From: an uncultured Methanosarcinaceae archaeon
Lineage (GTDB): Archaea; Halobacteriota; Methanosarcinia; Methanosarcinales; Methanosarcinaceae
Length of the DNA stretch: 64,000 nucleotides
Direction: 5' to 3'
Assembly: GCA_963721455.1 (NCBI GenBank)
Contig: CAVRJG010000056.1
Location: 49,970 to 113,969 of the forward strand
Below are positions 20,289-32,665 of the stretch, one piece after another. The notes beneath the pieces were generated by a model, which was not told the DNA's origin, searched no databases, and saw only the letters and a program-made list of their open reading frames with translations. The position numbers and the translations under genes are program-made. Position 1 is the stretch's first letter. Each line of letters opens with the position of its first letter.

Positions 20289-22100
20289 TTACATTTCGAA
20301 CCTTGTCATAACCCCATGTAACTCCTCAGGAGGGAGTTTGTAAAACTGGACAAAAGAAGGAGAGAGTTTTTTAATAATGGAGAAAACTTTCCATATTATG
20401 TTATTGGTAATTATATCCTCTATTCCGTAAAAAATCGTCTTTTCATATATTCCTTCCTTTTTTAAGATTTGTTCGACATCGACGACTTCCATGTATCCCA
20501 TTTTTATTTCAAAAACTCTCAATCCCCTTGCAAGTTCTTTTGTGAAAGAGCTTTCCACTCCAAAGGGGTCATCATGCTTAACAATTGAAATAAAGATATT
20601 ATTTTCATAAATAATATTGTTCTTAAACATTATATGAGAAATGTATTGGGGAATCCTGGTTATGTCTCGCGAAAAGAAAAGGGCAGTTCCACTGATTTTA
20701 TTTTCAGTGGCATATACCTGATTATATTTTTCAAGGAAATAATCAAATTTCGTGGGCTTCATTAGCTCATAAAGCCTCTTTTGTCCGGAAGTGTATATAA
20801 CAATAAGAGCAAAGATAATAGCTGCTATAATAACTGACCAGTAACCCCCATGCGGTATTTTATAGGTATTTGAGAGGAGGAACACCAGGTCAATAAATGT
20901 AATAAATAGAGAGATTATAGCCTTTGACATCTGTTTTTTGTGATAAAATATTGAAGTCATCAACATGCCCGTGATGGACATAGTTCCTGTAACTGCCAAT
21001 CCATATGCAGCCGCAAGTTTGCTTGATTCTTTAAATATAAATATCATATATAATACGGAGATAAGGAGCATCCAATTTATCGCACTTATATAAATCTGTG
21101 ACTTTAATTCTCCGGATGTATAATCAATTTTTAACATTGGCATTATTCGGGTCGTAATTCCCTGATAAACTATTGAAAACACGCCGCTAATCATAGCCTG
21201 AGAGGCAATAATAGTAGCTATTATACTCAGGATAAGGAATGGAACAAATATGATCTGTGCCTGATGATTTACCATCTCAAATAAAATATTTTTCGAAGCC
21301 GGGTTTCTAATAAGGAATGCTCCCTGCCCAAGATAATTAAAGACTAATGCAAAAAATATCAATCTCCAGGCTTTTAATATAGGCTCTCTCCCCAGATGGC
21401 CCATATCGGCATACAATGCCTCTCCGCCGGTGCAACAAAGGGTAACTTCAGATAATACAAAGAAGCCTACAAGTCCGTTACTTGAAAGAAACTCAATAGC
21501 ATAATATGGATTTATAGCTTTTAATACGTCTGGTGTATAAAATATTGAAGCAATACCTGAAACTGCAAGAGCCAAAAACCAGACAACCATTATTGGTCCA
21601 AATGCCCATGCAATTTTGTCAGATCCTTTTTTCTGGAATGAAAAAAGGCCTATTGCAATCAGGCTGGCAATTAACATTAGAGTGCCCTGCCCTGTATTTT
21701 CAAGTCCGGAAATAATGCGTATTCCCTCAACAGCACTCAGTATGCTTATTGCAGGCGTAATTACCCCGTCTCCAATAAGAAACGAAGTTCCAATATAGGC
21801 TAATATCGTAATTAAAGAAACATTTCTCCCTGATTTCAGCAGGGGAAGGAGAATCTCTTTTAAGACTATAGTGCCTCCTTCTCCTTTTTTTCCCAGACTC
21901 ATAGCAAGCCAGGCATATTCCATACTCACAAGTATGATAAGTGTCCAGATAATTAGAGATAAAACTCCTATTACATGAGCCTCTGTAGGTCTTGTAAGAA
22001 GAAATATAACTGTAAGGGTATAGATGGGACTTGTCCCGATATCTCCAAAGACAAGACCCATAGAATTTACTATTCCTCTAATATTATAATTGTTAAACAT
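20289..22100 (-). CDS. kup: KUP/HAK/KT potassium uptake transporter
   Basis: GLVFGDIGTSPIY, GEGGT, GDGVITPAISILSAVEG, TGGEALYADMGH, AAAYGLAVTGTM. Confidence 0.95.
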   Translation of the reverse strand: MFNNYNIRGIVNSMGLVFGDIGTSPIYTLTVIFLLTRPTEAHVIGVLSLIIWTLIILVSMEYAWLAMSLGKKGEGGTIVLKEILLPLLKSGRNVSLITILAYIGTSFLIGDGVITPAISILSAVEGIRIISGLENTGQGTLMLIASLIAIGLFSFQKKGSDKIAWAFGPIMVVWFLALAVSGIASIFYTPDVLKAINPYYAIEFLSSNGLVGFFVLSEVTLCCTGGEALYADMGHLGREPILKAWRLIFFALVFNYLGQGAFLIRNPASKNILFEMVNHQAQIIFVPFLILSIIATIIASQAMISGVFSIVYQGITTRIMPMLKIDYTSGELKSQIYISAINWMLLISVLYMIFIFKESSKLAAAYGLAVTGTMSITGMLMTSIFYHKKQMSKAIISLFITFIDLVFLLSNTYKIPHGGYWSVIIAAIIFALIVIYTSGQKRLYELMKPTKFDYFLEKYNQVYATENKISGTALFFSRDITRIPQYISHIMFKNNIIYENNIFISIVKHDDPFGVESSFTKELARGLRVFEIKMGYMEVVDVEQILKKEGIYEKTIFYGIEDIITNNIIWKVFSIIKKLSPSFVQFYKLPPEELHGVMTRFEM

Positions 22101-22572
22101 ATTAGTCTCTCTGGATTATTAGAATTATTTGGATAAATGTTTTCAGATAAAAAAACTCTAAATTTATAAATATGATCTATAAGTTACAATTTCCTGCGTC
22201 TAAAAAGAGTGAAAACCGATATAATTGTATGACTCTTGATCGTTATCGAATTTATTACTTCCATTCAAAGTTCATCTATTTATTCAAGTCTTTGCGATCT
22301 TAATTACTTAATTCGACAGAATATAGATTAGTAATTTACTATATAGATTGCATAATTGAAGAAGTTATTATTTAATGTAAAAATCAACCTCTTATAACCT
22401 GATTTTGCATTTTTACTTGCTTCCACTCATAAATATACCTTTCCCCAAGAATATTCAGTTATCTGATCTTTAATTCGGAAAAAAACCTGCCGCAGGTAAG
22501 GAAATATAAAAGGCAAAAGAAGCTGAAAAAGAAAGGATGAAAGACATTGGGATTTAAAAACGGCGGGAGAAA

Positions 22573-24009
22573 ATGAAGAAGGAAATACTAGCTGGAAGTG
22601 GAGACATAGTAGGAGAAAAAACCGAAAATTTTCAAAACACTACAGAAGGAGTAGGTATTCTCCTTGGAGACCCGAAAAAGGCCATAGTCAAACTCTCAAT
22701 CCCTATCATAGTTGCCATGTCCGTTCAGACTATATACAGCCTGACTGACACTTTCTGGGTTTCAGGCCTTGGAGCCGATGCCCTGGCTGCTGTGGGATTT
22801 GCTTTTCCCTTTTTTGTGATCCAGATGGCGCTTACTGGCGGGCTGGGAGTTGGAGGGGGAGCTGCAATTTCTCGGCGGATAGGAGCCAGGGATAAAACAG
22901 GCGCGGATAATGTTGCAGTTCACGCCTTCGTGATAATGCTTGTCCTTACCATTGCCCTTACCGTTCTTGGACTTGCGCTTATAAAGGATCTTTTTATGTA
23001 CAGCGGGGCAGGGAAAACAACAGGGCTCGGAGTTGAGTATACCAGGGTCATTTTTGCAGGCAGTTTTGTTTTCTTCTTTACAAATGTTGCAAATTCGATC
23101 CTGAGAAGTGAAGGGGATTCAAAAAGAGCTATGAAAGCTATGATCCTCGGTTCAGTCCTGAATGTAGTGCTTGACCCGATTTTTATATATCCTCTGGGGC
23201 TTGGGGTCGCAGGGGCTGCCCTGGCGACAGTAGTCTCTTATGCCAGTTCGGGGCTGCTCATGTTCTACTGGTTCTTTATCAAAAAAGATACCTATGTATC
23301 TTTCAGGTTCGGTTCCTTCAAATTCGACAAAGAGATTGTAACGGATATCTTTAGAGTAGGAATACCTTCCTCGATTGAACAGCTTGCCCTGGCGCTAACA
23401 GCACTTACAATGAACTTTATCATCGCGACCATTGGCAATACGGACGGAGTTGCAGTTTACGCCACAGCCTGGAGAGTAACAAGTATTGCAGTTGCTCCCC
23501 TTATAGGAATTTCAATAGCTGTAGTCTCGGTAAGTGGGGCTGCCTTTGGGGAAAAGAATTTTAAGAAAGCACAGAGTACCCTTATTTATGCGATTAAAGT
23601 CGGCTTTCTCGTAGAAGCCGTGATTGCTGCCGTTGTATACTTTTTTGCTCCTGAGATTGCTGCCGTCTTTACACAGACCGAAAATGCAGCCCGTATCGCC
23701 CCTGAACTAACAAGGCTCCTGAAAATTATGACGATTTTCTATCCCGTAGTCGCCTTCGGAATGCTCTCAGGCTCTCTCTTCCAGGGGGCAGGAAAAGGCA
23801 CAAGCGCCCTTATTGCCACCCTTCTGCGGAGCCTGGTTATGACTCTCTTCTTTTCCTTACTTTTTGCTTTCGGATTCGACTGGGGGTTGCTCGGAGTCTG
23901 GTGGGGACTTGTTGTGGGTACAGTCATAGGATCGATAATTACCTTTGTATGGGCCCAGATGTACCTGAGACGTATGATGAATACGAATAAAGGTGGGAAA
24001 GACTGCTAA
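22573..24009 (+). CDS. MATE-family efflux transporter (paralogue 2)
   Basis: Same MATE motifs as 12452-13888, with clear paralogy. Confidence 0.93.
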   Translation: MKKEILAGSGDIVGEKTENFQNTTEGVGILLGDPKKAIVKLSIPIIVAMSVQTIYSLTDTFWVSGLGADALAAVGFAFPFFVIQMALTGGLGVGGGAAISRRIGARDKTGADNVAVHAFVIMLVLTIALTVLGLALIKDLFMYSGAGKTTGLGVEYTRVIFAGSFVFFFTNVANSILRSEGDSKRAMKAMILGSVLNVVLDPIFIYPLGLGVAGAALATVVSYASSGLLMFYWFFIKKDTYVSFRFGSFKFDKEIVTDIFRVGIPSSIEQLALALTALTMNFIIATIGNTDGVAVYATAWRVTSIAVAPLIGISIAVVSVSGAAFGEKNFKKAQSTLIYAIKVGFLVEAVIAAVVYFFAPEIAAVFTQTENAARIAPELTRLLKIMTIFYPVVAFGMLSGSLFQGAGKGTSALIATLLRSLVMTLFFSLLFAFGFDWGLLGVWWGLVVGTVIGSIITFVWAQMYLRRMMNTNKGGKDC

Positions 24010-24248
24010 TTTTATTGAAAGTGCTGAATCCGGGATCATAAAATATAAATAGAATTTGGGCAGTAATAGTAAGAAATCAAACAATTAGATAAATAGATAG
24101 TAAGATAATAAACAATATAGGTTCGGAAGATAAGAATAGAATCAATAAGATCCAGAACTCCGCATTTTAAATTTGGACTTCAAAATCTATGAGAAAGACC
24201 GCTCAGTTTATCTTTCGAATTCGGAAAAAGCCCTGACTGTGATAACCA

Positions 24249-24707
24249 ATGAAAGAAGAAAGAATAAAAGAGACAGTAAAACTCCAGTTCGAAATGATTC
24301 ATCTATTTCACAAGAACTTTGCCAGGATTTTTCACCAAACCAGGAATAGCCAATATAACCTGAATAAAAACCAGAATAAAGCCATTATGATTATCGGGGC
24401 AATAGATAATATCATGCCTACAACCCTGGGAAAATGTCTCGATCTTCAGAAGGGAAGCCTCACAACCATGATCGATGCCCTTGAAAGAGAGGAGCTTGTC
24501 TGCAGGAAGGGAGACCCGGAGGACCGGAGAAAAACCCTGATATCCCTTACCGAAAAAGGGAAAGATTACAGGGAATGGTTCATGGGGGAAATCGAGAAAA
24601 ATGCTTCCGAAATCCTCAAAAAGCTGGATGAAGAGGATATTCTTGTGTATCAGGAGAGCCTGAAAACAATGCTTGCAACGCTGAAGAAGCTTGATGAGAC
24701 CGCCTGA
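24249..24707 (+). CDS. MarR-family transcriptional regulator
   Basis: PTTLG..LDL.KGSLT.MID.LE...LV.R..DP.DRRK.LISLTEKG. Confidence 0.9.
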   Translation: MKEERIKETVKLQFEMIHLFHKNFARIFHQTRNSQYNLNKNQNKAIMIIGAIDNIMPTTLGKCLDLQKGSLTTMIDALEREELVCRKGDPEDRRKTLISLTEKGKDYREWFMGEIEKNASEILKKLDEEDILVYQESLKTMLATLKKLDETA

Positions 24708-24739
24708 ATGAAATAACAAAATAGTGCCGGAGGCCTGCA

Positions 24740-25084
24740 ATGGACACCGAACTAATAGGTAAACTCAAGAAGCTGGGGTTCACGGAAAACGAGGCAAAAA
24801 TCTATGTTGGACTCCTCAGTTTGAATGAAGCCACGGCAAGGGAAATACATGAATTTACCCATGTTCCGAGACCGAAGATTTATTCTGTTCTGGAGAGGAT
24901 GGCAAAAAAAGGATATGTGGAAATAAGAGGAGGAACTCCTGCTTATTTCAGAAGTATTGACCCGGAGCGACTGACCGAAAGGCTCAGAGATGAATTCCTC
25001 TTTTCCCTGGATGAAACCTTAAAAGTACTTAATTCCACAGGAAACCGAAAAACAGACGCTGTTAACCCGAGACCTGCGCTTTAA
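24740..25084 (+). CDS. TrmB-family HTH regulator (DNA-binding domain only)
   Basis: LKKLGFTENEAKIY..LL....TAREI...T.VPRPKIY.VL..M..KG.V. Confidence 0.88.
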   Translation: MDTELIGKLKKLGFTENEAKIYVGLLSLNEATAREIHEFTHVPRPKIYSVLERMAKKGYVEIRGGTPAYFRSIDPERLTERLRDEFLFSLDETLKVLNSTGNRKTDAVNPRPAL

Positions 25085-25702
25085 AAAACTCTCAAAAATC
25101 CGTGATTCTGACGGGGCAAGGAAGAGTTAAGTTTAAATATAATAATGAGGAAGTAAGCTACCGTAAGCCGACTGAAGAGAAATCAGTAGATCAGAATCAA
25201 AAGGTAGCGAGAATGAAGGAAATAGTACCACAAAAACCCCTGGAGCCAGTTTTACACGGGTTCCTGTTAAAAGACCGCAAGTTCGTCCTGCCCTCAAAAA
25301 TAAAAATCCTGAACTTTCTACAGTGCTTTCCATACAGGAAGCACGAGTCTGAAAAATAGAAACTGCAGGTTTTATTCAGAAACGAAAAACATTAAAAAAT
25401 AAAACTTTATCCGGAACAGGCTAGAAAAATAGAGATCGGACTCGGGAGAGAGCTGGACAATACCAATCCGGTTCTTTACCTGCAACCCGGATATTTTATG
25501 CACTCACTGTTATTTTTGCTTTACAGGTTTTCTATGTTAATCCTTTTTTAGATTGGAAAATTGCAAATTTCTTATTCCTTCTTCTAAATAACTATTTATT
25601 ACGTACAGGGTAAAAGAACCTGTATAATACGGATAAAACATACAATAAAACAATAGATAAATACCGGATAATATAACCCGAGAAGATTCAGAGGAAGAGA
25701 CT

Positions 25703-26101
25703 TTGAAACTCAAAATTGAGACCTCCAAACGTATTGAACTGATAGATATCACTTCAGAGGTTCAGGAAGAAATAATGAAAAGCGAAGTATCTGAAGGAAT
25801 ATGCATAATCAGTACAAGGCATACTACCGCAGGTATCATAATAAACGAAAACGAAAGTGGGCTAAAAGAAGACATTCTGGCTCTTTTAAAGAAACTTGTG
25901 CCGACAGACGCAGGGTACATGCATGACCGAATAGACAATAATGCTGATTCTCATCTCAGGGCAATGCTGCTCGGAGCAAGCGAGACCCTGCCTGTTTCGG
26001 AAGGGAAGCTTGAGCTTGGGACCTGGCAGAGAATCTTTTTTGCCGAAATGGACGGGCCGAGAAGCAGGACAGTAAATATTACTCTTTTAAGGGCTCAATG
26101 A
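25703..26101 (+). CDS. yjbQ: YjbQ/UPF0047 secondary thiamine-phosphate synthase family protein
   Basis: HTTAG..INE, Y.HD..DNNADSHL, L.LGTWQRIFF.E.DGPR.R. Confidence 0.9.
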   Translation: MKLKIETSKRIELIDITSEVQEEIMKSEVSEGICIISTRHTTAGIIINENESGLKEDILALLKKLVPTDAGYMHDRIDNNADSHLRAMLLGASETLPVSEGKLELGTWQRIFFAEMDGPRSRTVNITLLRAQ

Positions 26102-26177
26102 GATAAGGAAAAAACCATAAAAGAACCAAAAAGAAAAGTGAAGAAAGTCCCTTGCGGATTGCCTGAAAAAAGCACAT

Positions 26178-27608
26178 TCAGGAACTTTCCGGATTATTAA
26201 AGTCATCCAGGTGGGTCTGTTTCTTTCTGCAGTTTTCTCCTGGGATTTCCACAGGATACTCACCTGTGAGGCAGCCAATGCACATGTCGTTTTTATCGCA
26301 CTCCATGGCCCGCATGAGTCCTTCAATACTCAGGTATCCGAGGGAATCGGCGTTAATGAGGCTTTCCACCTCTTTTATGGTCTTGTAAGAAGCGATAAGT
26401 TCCTGCCGGGTAGCCATATCGATACCCAGGTAGCAGGGAGCAATAATTGCAGGACTTCCCACCCTTGCATGAATTTCTGACGCGCCTGCCCTGCGGACCA
26501 TATCTATAATCCGCCTGGAGGTTGTACCCCGCACAATACTGTCATCAACCAGGACTACACGTTTGCCTTTGACATTATCCTTGATGGCATTCATCTTGAG
26601 CCGGACTGCGGTTTCACGCAGTTCCTGGCCAGGCAGAATAAACGTGCGCCCTATGTAGCGGTTCTTCATCAGCCCTTCCAGATATTTGGTGCCTGATTCC
26701 CGGGCATAACCGATTGCTGAGGTAATCCCTGAGTCAGGGACAGGAGAAACAATATCGGCTTCGATCGGGTACTCCCTGGCGAGTTCCCTTCCGATACTTT
26801 CTCTCACCTTATAGACCAATTTTCCGTCAATGACAGAATCGGGCCTTGCAAAGTAAATGAACTCAAAGACACAATGTGCAGGATGAGGCTCGTTTCCAAT
26901 CTGGTAACTCTCGAAGCCACTGCCACTGAAGACCATTACCTCTCCTGGCCGCACGTCCCTGAGGAGAGTGCCGTTCAGGGTATCCAGGGCTACACTTTCC
27001 GAAACAACTGCATACCCACCATCGACTTCTCCGAAGCAGAGCGGCTTAAAGCCAAAAGGATCCCTGACAGCGTAAAGAGTGCCGTCGATATGGATAACCA
27101 GGGAATAGGAGCCGACAAGCTTGCGCATCACATTCCTGATTGATTCTATAGGCTCGTGTTTTATCAGCTCTTTTACGAGAAGGTGACCAATAACCTCGGT
27201 ATCGGAATCGCTGATAAAAATACGCCCTTCACACTCCAGACTATCCTTGAGTGCTTTGGCATTAACCAGGTTCCCGTTATGGGCAATTGCAACTGTCCCT
27301 CCCTTGAAGTTCAGGACAAAGGGCTGGCAGTTTTCTAACTTCGATCCTCCAGTTGTCGAGTAGCGGACATGCCCGACTCCTACATCCCCGATCAGGCGTC
27401 CCAGAGAATCCTTATTGTACACGTCAGGCACAAGCCCCATGCCTTTGATAGAATGAGCGGACGTACCGTCATATACCATTATGCCAGTGGACTCCTGTCC
27501 TCTGTGCTGGAGGGCATACAGGGCGTAATACAGCTTGAATGCGACAGTATTGGAGTGGGGCCTGTCGTCGGGAAGAATTATGCCTGCAACGCCGCATTCT
27601 TCTTTCAA
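26178..27608 (-). CDS. purF: Amidophosphoribosyltransferase
   Basis: EECGV catalytic Cys, LQHRGQES, GHVRYST, AHNGNL, PVPDSG, VDDSIVRGTT. Confidence 0.97.
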   Translation of the reverse strand: MKEECGVAGIILPDDRPHSNTVAFKLYYALYALQHRGQESTGIMVYDGTSAHSIKGMGLVPDVYNKDSLGRLIGDVGVGHVRYSTTGGSKLENCQPFVLNFKGGTVAIAHNGNLVNAKALKDSLECEGRIFISDSDTEVIGHLLVKELIKHEPIESIRNVMRKLVGSYSLVIHIDGTLYAVRDPFGFKPLCFGEVDGGYAVVSESVALDTLNGTLLRDVRPGEVMVFSGSGFESYQIGNEPHPAHCVFEFIYFARPDSVIDGKLVYKVRESIGRELAREYPIEADIVSPVPDSGITSAIGYARESGTKYLEGLMKNRYIGRTFILPGQELRETAVRLKMNAIKDNVKGKRVVLVDDSIVRGTTSRRIIDMVRRAGASEIHARVGSPAIIAPCYLGIDMATRQELIASYKTIKEVESLINADSLGYLSIEGLMRAMECDKNDMCIGCLTGEYPVEIPGENCRKKQTHLDDFNNPESS

Positions 27609-27657
27609 TTTTGACCTCCGGTGCAGGTAAAAAATAGAAAAAGTGGAACAGAAAAGT

Positions 27658-27849
<192 letters not shown>

Positions 27850-27980
27850 TCAATTTATTAGAGCAATATTCAATAATCTGAAGCAGTTTTGTTTTTTTGA
27901 ATTTAATCTCTGCGGCCAGTCACAATAAGTCCTGTTGCTCACCGAGGTTTAACGATAATAGATGAAGTGCTTGATATAGA

Positions 27981-28220
<240 letters not shown>

Positions 28221-28657
28221 TTATAAATCAAGTCATTATCTATATCAATATAAATAGTTAATCCAGATTTAAACTGATCGCCGCGCTTAATTGTTTGATT
28301 AATTGCATCAAAGTCGTAAATACAATATATAAATGTATCGAAGCAATATATCATTTTTTTAAGTTTTCATATAAAAACACCCCGAGTATTAATAAAGGAT
28401 TCTCTCAAAGAACAACCCTCCAGAAAAAATACGATGAAAAAAATACGATAGTACTCACACACTTTCACCTCAGGAATACTCATAAAATATTTCTACGAAT
28501 AGATTTCTTGAGAGCTGCTGAAGAGATTTTTTACAAATAATTTCATTAAAACATTAAAAAAACTTCTTAGAAGTTACAATATTAAATTAATTCGTCTGAT
28601 AGGCAGAAGAAAAAGTTCCAGAAAATCGGAAAATGAACGAATAAAAGAGAGGAATAC

Positions 28658-30004
28658 ATGACAGAAAAGCCCTTCACAGTAAAAAACCCGATTGTTATGA
28701 CTATTGCAGGTTCTGATTCAGGGGGAGGAGCCGGAATTGCTGCTGATTTGAAGACATTTGCTGCCCTGGGAGTGCATGGGACCTGCGCCATTACATCGGT
28801 TACTGCCCAGAATACTACTGGAGTCCTGGAGGCTTTTGACCTCGCTCCTGCAGCTGTCGCCAGCCAGATAGAAGCTGTCTGTGCCGATATGGATGTCAAA
28901 TGGGCAAAAACCGGCATGCTTGCCTCATCGGAAATCGTAAGGGAAGTTGCAAAAGAGGTAAGGAAACATGGGCTTTCCCTTGTAATAGACCCTGTGATGG
29001 CTGCTGAAGCAGGAGGGGACCTGCTACGAAAAGAAGCTCTTTCTGTCCTTATCGAAGAACTGCTGCCCTTCTGCAAGGTCACTACTCCCAACGCGTCAGA
29101 AGCAGGCGCACTTGCCGGCATGGCGGTGAAAAACCCTGAGGATGCAAGAATTGCAGCCAGGAAAATAGCGGATCTGGGTGTAGAAGCTGTAATTGTTACA
29201 GGAGGACACCTGGATGCCACGGACCTGCTTTATGAAGCTGGTTCTGATACCTTTACCCGTATCCAGGGAACTTTTGTCAAAGGAGGAACTCATGGTTCGG
29301 GCTGCACTTATTCTGCGGCAATGACTGCCTTTCTCGCCTGCGGGAAAAGCCTGGAAGTAGCCGCAAGAGAGTCAAAGAAATTTGTAGTACAGGCAATCCT
29401 GAAAAGCCGGCCTGCAGGCAGGGGAGTAAATCCTGTAAACCCACTGGGGGCGACTCTGGAAGAAAAAGAGCGCTACCTGGTCTTAAGGAATTTAAAAGAC
29501 GCGGTTTTACTGATTGAGGAAAGCCCTGATTTTTCAAAACTTATCCCGGAAGTGGGCTGTAACATAGGAATGGCAATTCCCGGTGCAGAGAGCTATGAGG
29601 ACGTTGCGGCAGTGGAAAGTAGAATAGTGAGATATAGAAATCGGGCAGTTTCTGTAGGCTGTGTGGAGTTTGGAGCCAGCAAGCATGTAGCAAGTATCAT
29701 TCTCTCGGCCCTTCACTATAATCCTGAGATAAGGGCAGCGATTAATGTAAAATATTCCGAAAAGGCCCTTGCAGCCTGCAGGGAAATGGAGCTTGGAATT
29801 TCCTCTTTTGACAGGGCTGAAGAACCGGAAAATACCAGTACTATGGACTGGGGCACAGCCGAAGCAATCAAAAAATACGGACGCGTGCCGGAAGTCATCT
29901 ATGATGAAGGAGGCACAGGAAAAGAACCCATGATACGCCTGCCTGGCACAAATGCCATTGAAGTGGCAAAGCTTGCTGTGGAACTCGCAGAAAAGTTACA
30001 GTAA
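28658..30004 (+). CDS. thiD: Bifunctional HMP/HMP-P kinase - thiamine-phosphate synthase (ThiD-ThiN)
   Basis: [30 protein letters not shown]; C-terminal ThiN domain with [14 protein letters not shown] and GKEPMI. Confidence 0.93.
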   Translation: MTEKPFTVKNPIVMTIAGSDSGGGAGIAADLKTFAALGVHGTCAITSVTAQNTTGVLEAFDLAPAAVASQIEAVCADMDVKWAKTGMLASSEIVREVAKEVRKHGLSLVIDPVMAAEAGGDLLRKEALSVLIEELLPFCKVTTPNASEAGALAGMAVKNPEDARIAARKIADLGVEAVIVTGGHLDATDLLYEAGSDTFTRIQGTFVKGGTHGSGCTYSAAMTAFLACGKSLEVAARESKKFVVQAILKSRPAGRGVNPVNPLGATLEEKERYLVLRNLKDAVLLIEESPDFSKLIPEVGCNIGMAIPGAESYEDVAAVESRIVRYRNRAVSVGCVEFGASKHVASIILSALHYNPEIRAAINVKYSEKALAACREMELGISSFDRAEEPENTSTMDWGTAEAIKKYGRVPEVIYDEGGTGKEPMIRLPGTNAIEVAKLAVELAEKLQ

Positions 30005-30261
30005 AAATATAAAAAACGATAGAATTTCCTGTAAGGTATCTCCGTGATTATTTTCAGAATTGAGTTTTCGGTTCTGATCATATTCTTTTTCCCAATAACT
30101 TTCTTTATCCCAATATCCTCTTTTCCAGTTGTTTTCCTCCCGACAAGCGTTCTCTTCCGAAAGCACATAAATGAGACGTAAGAGCCGGAACTGCAAAGAA
30201 AGTAACACTTAAATACGTCGAGGTACGATTTTGTGCATACACGACATTCTGGAGAAAAGCT

Positions 30262-31560
30262 ATGGAACAGACCAAGATCATCCTTGATGAAAATGAAATG
30301 CCTAAACAGTGGTATAACGTCCTTTCAGACTTATCTTCTCCTATTGACCCGCCTCTTGACCCCCGGACCTGGGAACCTATAAGTCCGGAAGCCCTTGAGC
30401 CGATTTTCCCAAAAGCCCTTATCAAGCAGGAGATGAGCGATGAGAGGTTTATCGACATCCCTGAAGAGGTACTAGATATATACAGGCTCTGGAGGCCCAG
30501 CCCCCTTTACAGGGCTCACAGGCTGGAAAAGCTTCTCAAAACTCCAGCAAAGATATACTACAAACACGAAGGTATAAGCCCGGCAGGCAGCCATAAGACA
30601 AATACCTCCATTGCCCAGGCTTACTATAACATGAAAGAGGGAACCGAGAGGATCACAACCGAAACCGGCGCAGGGCAGTGGGGAAGTGCATTGTCTCTTG
30701 CCTGCAACTACTTCGATATCCAGTGTAAAGTCTATATGGTACGTTCCAGCTATTACCAGAAACCCTACCGGAAGTCTCTAATGACACTCTGGGGAGGGAA
30801 TGTAGTGCCTTCTCCCAGCCCGGATACGGAATTCGGGAGAAAAATCCTTAAGGAGCAACCGGAAACCCCGGGAACGCTGGGAATAGCAATCAGTGAAGCT
30901 GTAGAGGATGCAGTAGCGCATGACAACACGAAATATTCCCTCGGAAGCGTGCTCAACCATGTTATGCTCCACCAGACAATAATCGGGGCTGAAAGCAAAA
31001 AGCAACTTGAACAGGTTGAAGCCTACCCTGACATAGTCATAGGCTGCTGCGGAGGAGGAAGCAACCTTGCGGGAATATCCCTTGAGTTTATTAAAGACAG
31101 GATTGAGGGAAAGAACAATGCAAGAGTGATCGCAGTCGAGCCTTCGGCCTGCCCTACCCTGACAGAAGGGGAATACAGGTACGATTTCGGAGACGCTGCT
31201 GAAATGACTCCGCTTCTAAAAATGTATACCCTGGGCCACAAGCATGTGCCTCCTGCCATCCATGCAGGCGGGCTTCGCTACCATGGGGACTCTCCAATCA
31301 TCAGTAAACTCTGCGCTGACGGGCTTATTGAAGCTGTTTCATATGACCAGTACCCGGTATTTGATGCAGCTGTCCAGTTTGCCCGGACTGAAGGCATAGT
31401 CCCTGCTCCTGAATCTTCCCATGCTATCCGTTGCACAATCGACGAAGCCCTCAAGTGCAAGCAGACAGGAGAAGAAAAAACAATCCTCTTTAACCTGAGC
31501 GGGCACGGGCATTTTGACATGAGTTCCTATGATAAATATTTCAACAAGGAACTTGTCTGA
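30262..31560 (+). CDS. trpB2: Tryptophan synthase beta chain 2 (stand-alone TrpB2)
   Basis: GSHKTN PLP lysine, [39 protein letters not shown]. Confidence 0.95.
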   Translation: MEQTKIILDENEMPKQWYNVLSDLSSPIDPPLDPRTWEPISPEALEPIFPKALIKQEMSDERFIDIPEEVLDIYRLWRPSPLYRAHRLEKLLKTPAKIYYKHEGISPAGSHKTNTSIAQAYYNMKEGTERITTETGAGQWGSALSLACNYFDIQCKVYMVRSSYYQKPYRKSLMTLWGGNVVPSPSPDTEFGRKILKEQPETPGTLGIAISEAVEDAVAHDNTKYSLGSVLNHVMLHQTIIGAESKKQLEQVEAYPDIVIGCCGGGSNLAGISLEFIKDRIEGKNNARVIAVEPSACPTLTEGEYRYDFGDAAEMTPLLKMYTLGHKHVPPAIHAGGLRYHGDSPIISKLCADGLIEAVSYDQYPVFDAAVQFARTEGIVPAPESSHAIRCTIDEALKCKQTGEEKTILFNLSGHGHFDMSSYDKYFNKELV

Positions 31561-31606
31561 AACAACCGGAAAAAGTTGAATAAAAAATGAAAAATAGAAT
31601 TAAAAC

Positions 31607-31627
31607 AGGATGCCTTAAAGGCATCCT
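31607..31627. terminator. Perfect hairpin between the convergent trpB2 and DUF1699 genes
   Basis: aggatgcct-taa-aggcatcct, a 9-bp stem. Confidence 0.5.
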
Positions 31628-31688
31628 CACATTTAAGGCTTTTACAAATCCCTGGTACTGCTACATAGAAGAAGGTTTTTATTAAAAC

Positions 31689-32102
31689 TTAATCTGACTC
31701 AAACTGTTTTCTATTAAGAATGTACGAGACCATTTTCGGGTTAAACTTGTGCTCCCTTGCCACTGTTTCCGCAATCTGTTCACCGGGAATTCCTTCAGCT
31801 TTCAGGCTTCTTATTTTCATCATTAAGGACTGAGGGAAAATATAGTACTCGTTGATATCTTTCCTGTGTCCCCAGACATCCCCTTCGAGCAGCTGCACTT
31901 TTTGCATTTCCAGAAACATTTCTATAGCTCTTGAAACAGTCTTTTTGTATGATTTGGGTAACTGAATTATTTCCAGTTTCGGACAGGTCTCAACAAGCAG
32001 GAAAATATCTTTATTTGAAGGCCGAAACGCCAGGTGAACAACCCTTTCATTCGGATTCAGTGAGAGAATTTCATTTCTTGAACTGACAACTCTTATCTTC
32101 AT
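31689..32102 (-). CDS. DUF1699 family protein (paralogue 1)
   Basis: MKIRVVSSR.EI..LNPNE.VVHLAFRPSN.D...L.ETCPK...EGDVWGHRKDINEYY. Confidence 0.9.
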   Translation of the reverse strand: MKIRVVSSRNEILSLNPNERVVHLAFRPSNKDIFLLVETCPKLEIIQLPKSYKKTVSRAIEMFLEMQKVQLLEGDVWGHRKDINEYYIFPQSLMMKIRSLKAEGIPGEQIAETVAREHKFNPKMVSYILNRKQFESD

Positions 32103-32665
32103 ACAAATCCCCAGACCCTAGAATAAATTAAAGAATCAATAAAATAAATTATACGACTTTATTTAAATATTTTTCTGCGTATAATCATTTACTTTTCCCT
32201 ATTTAACAGAGAATATTTGAAAAAAGCCATACAGAAAGATAAAGGCAAATATTATGATGAGAACATAAGAAATTTCAGGACCTTATAGTTTGAAAATTAA
32301 TTTCAAATGTTGTGATGATTATAAAAATTCTCCTCAAAAGAGAATATGAATTTCAATGAAACAGGATACAGGCACCGAATTCCAGCTATATGAGAAAGTA
32401 ACAGAATTCTCTGCTTCATCATAAAACCAGAGTTCTTGCTTTGAAAACTAACAACAGCTGGAATTAACAAAGCTCAGAGAAATAGAGGAAAAATCATATA
32501 TTGGATGGAAGTTCCAACCCGGAATTCCATCCTGAAGAGAAGGATCCAGAATATGAAAAGATTTTTAGACCCTCCTTTAAAGAAATATATATAATTCTGC
32601 CACTTTTCACAGGGTACAGCCTGAAAGCAGGACTTTCCGGGAAAAATGACAAAATTAGCAACCGA

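Noticed and set aside
19962-20321. ORF with a K/E/R-rich tract
   Set aside because: It arises from a purine-rich low-complexity stretch (20140-20210) downstream of kup, which is pyrimidine/U-rich on the kup strand and terminator-like.
25102-25359. 85-aa ORF after trmB (ends in TAG)
   Set aside because: No recognisable motif or clear RBS, and read-through would add only a few residues; left uncalled.
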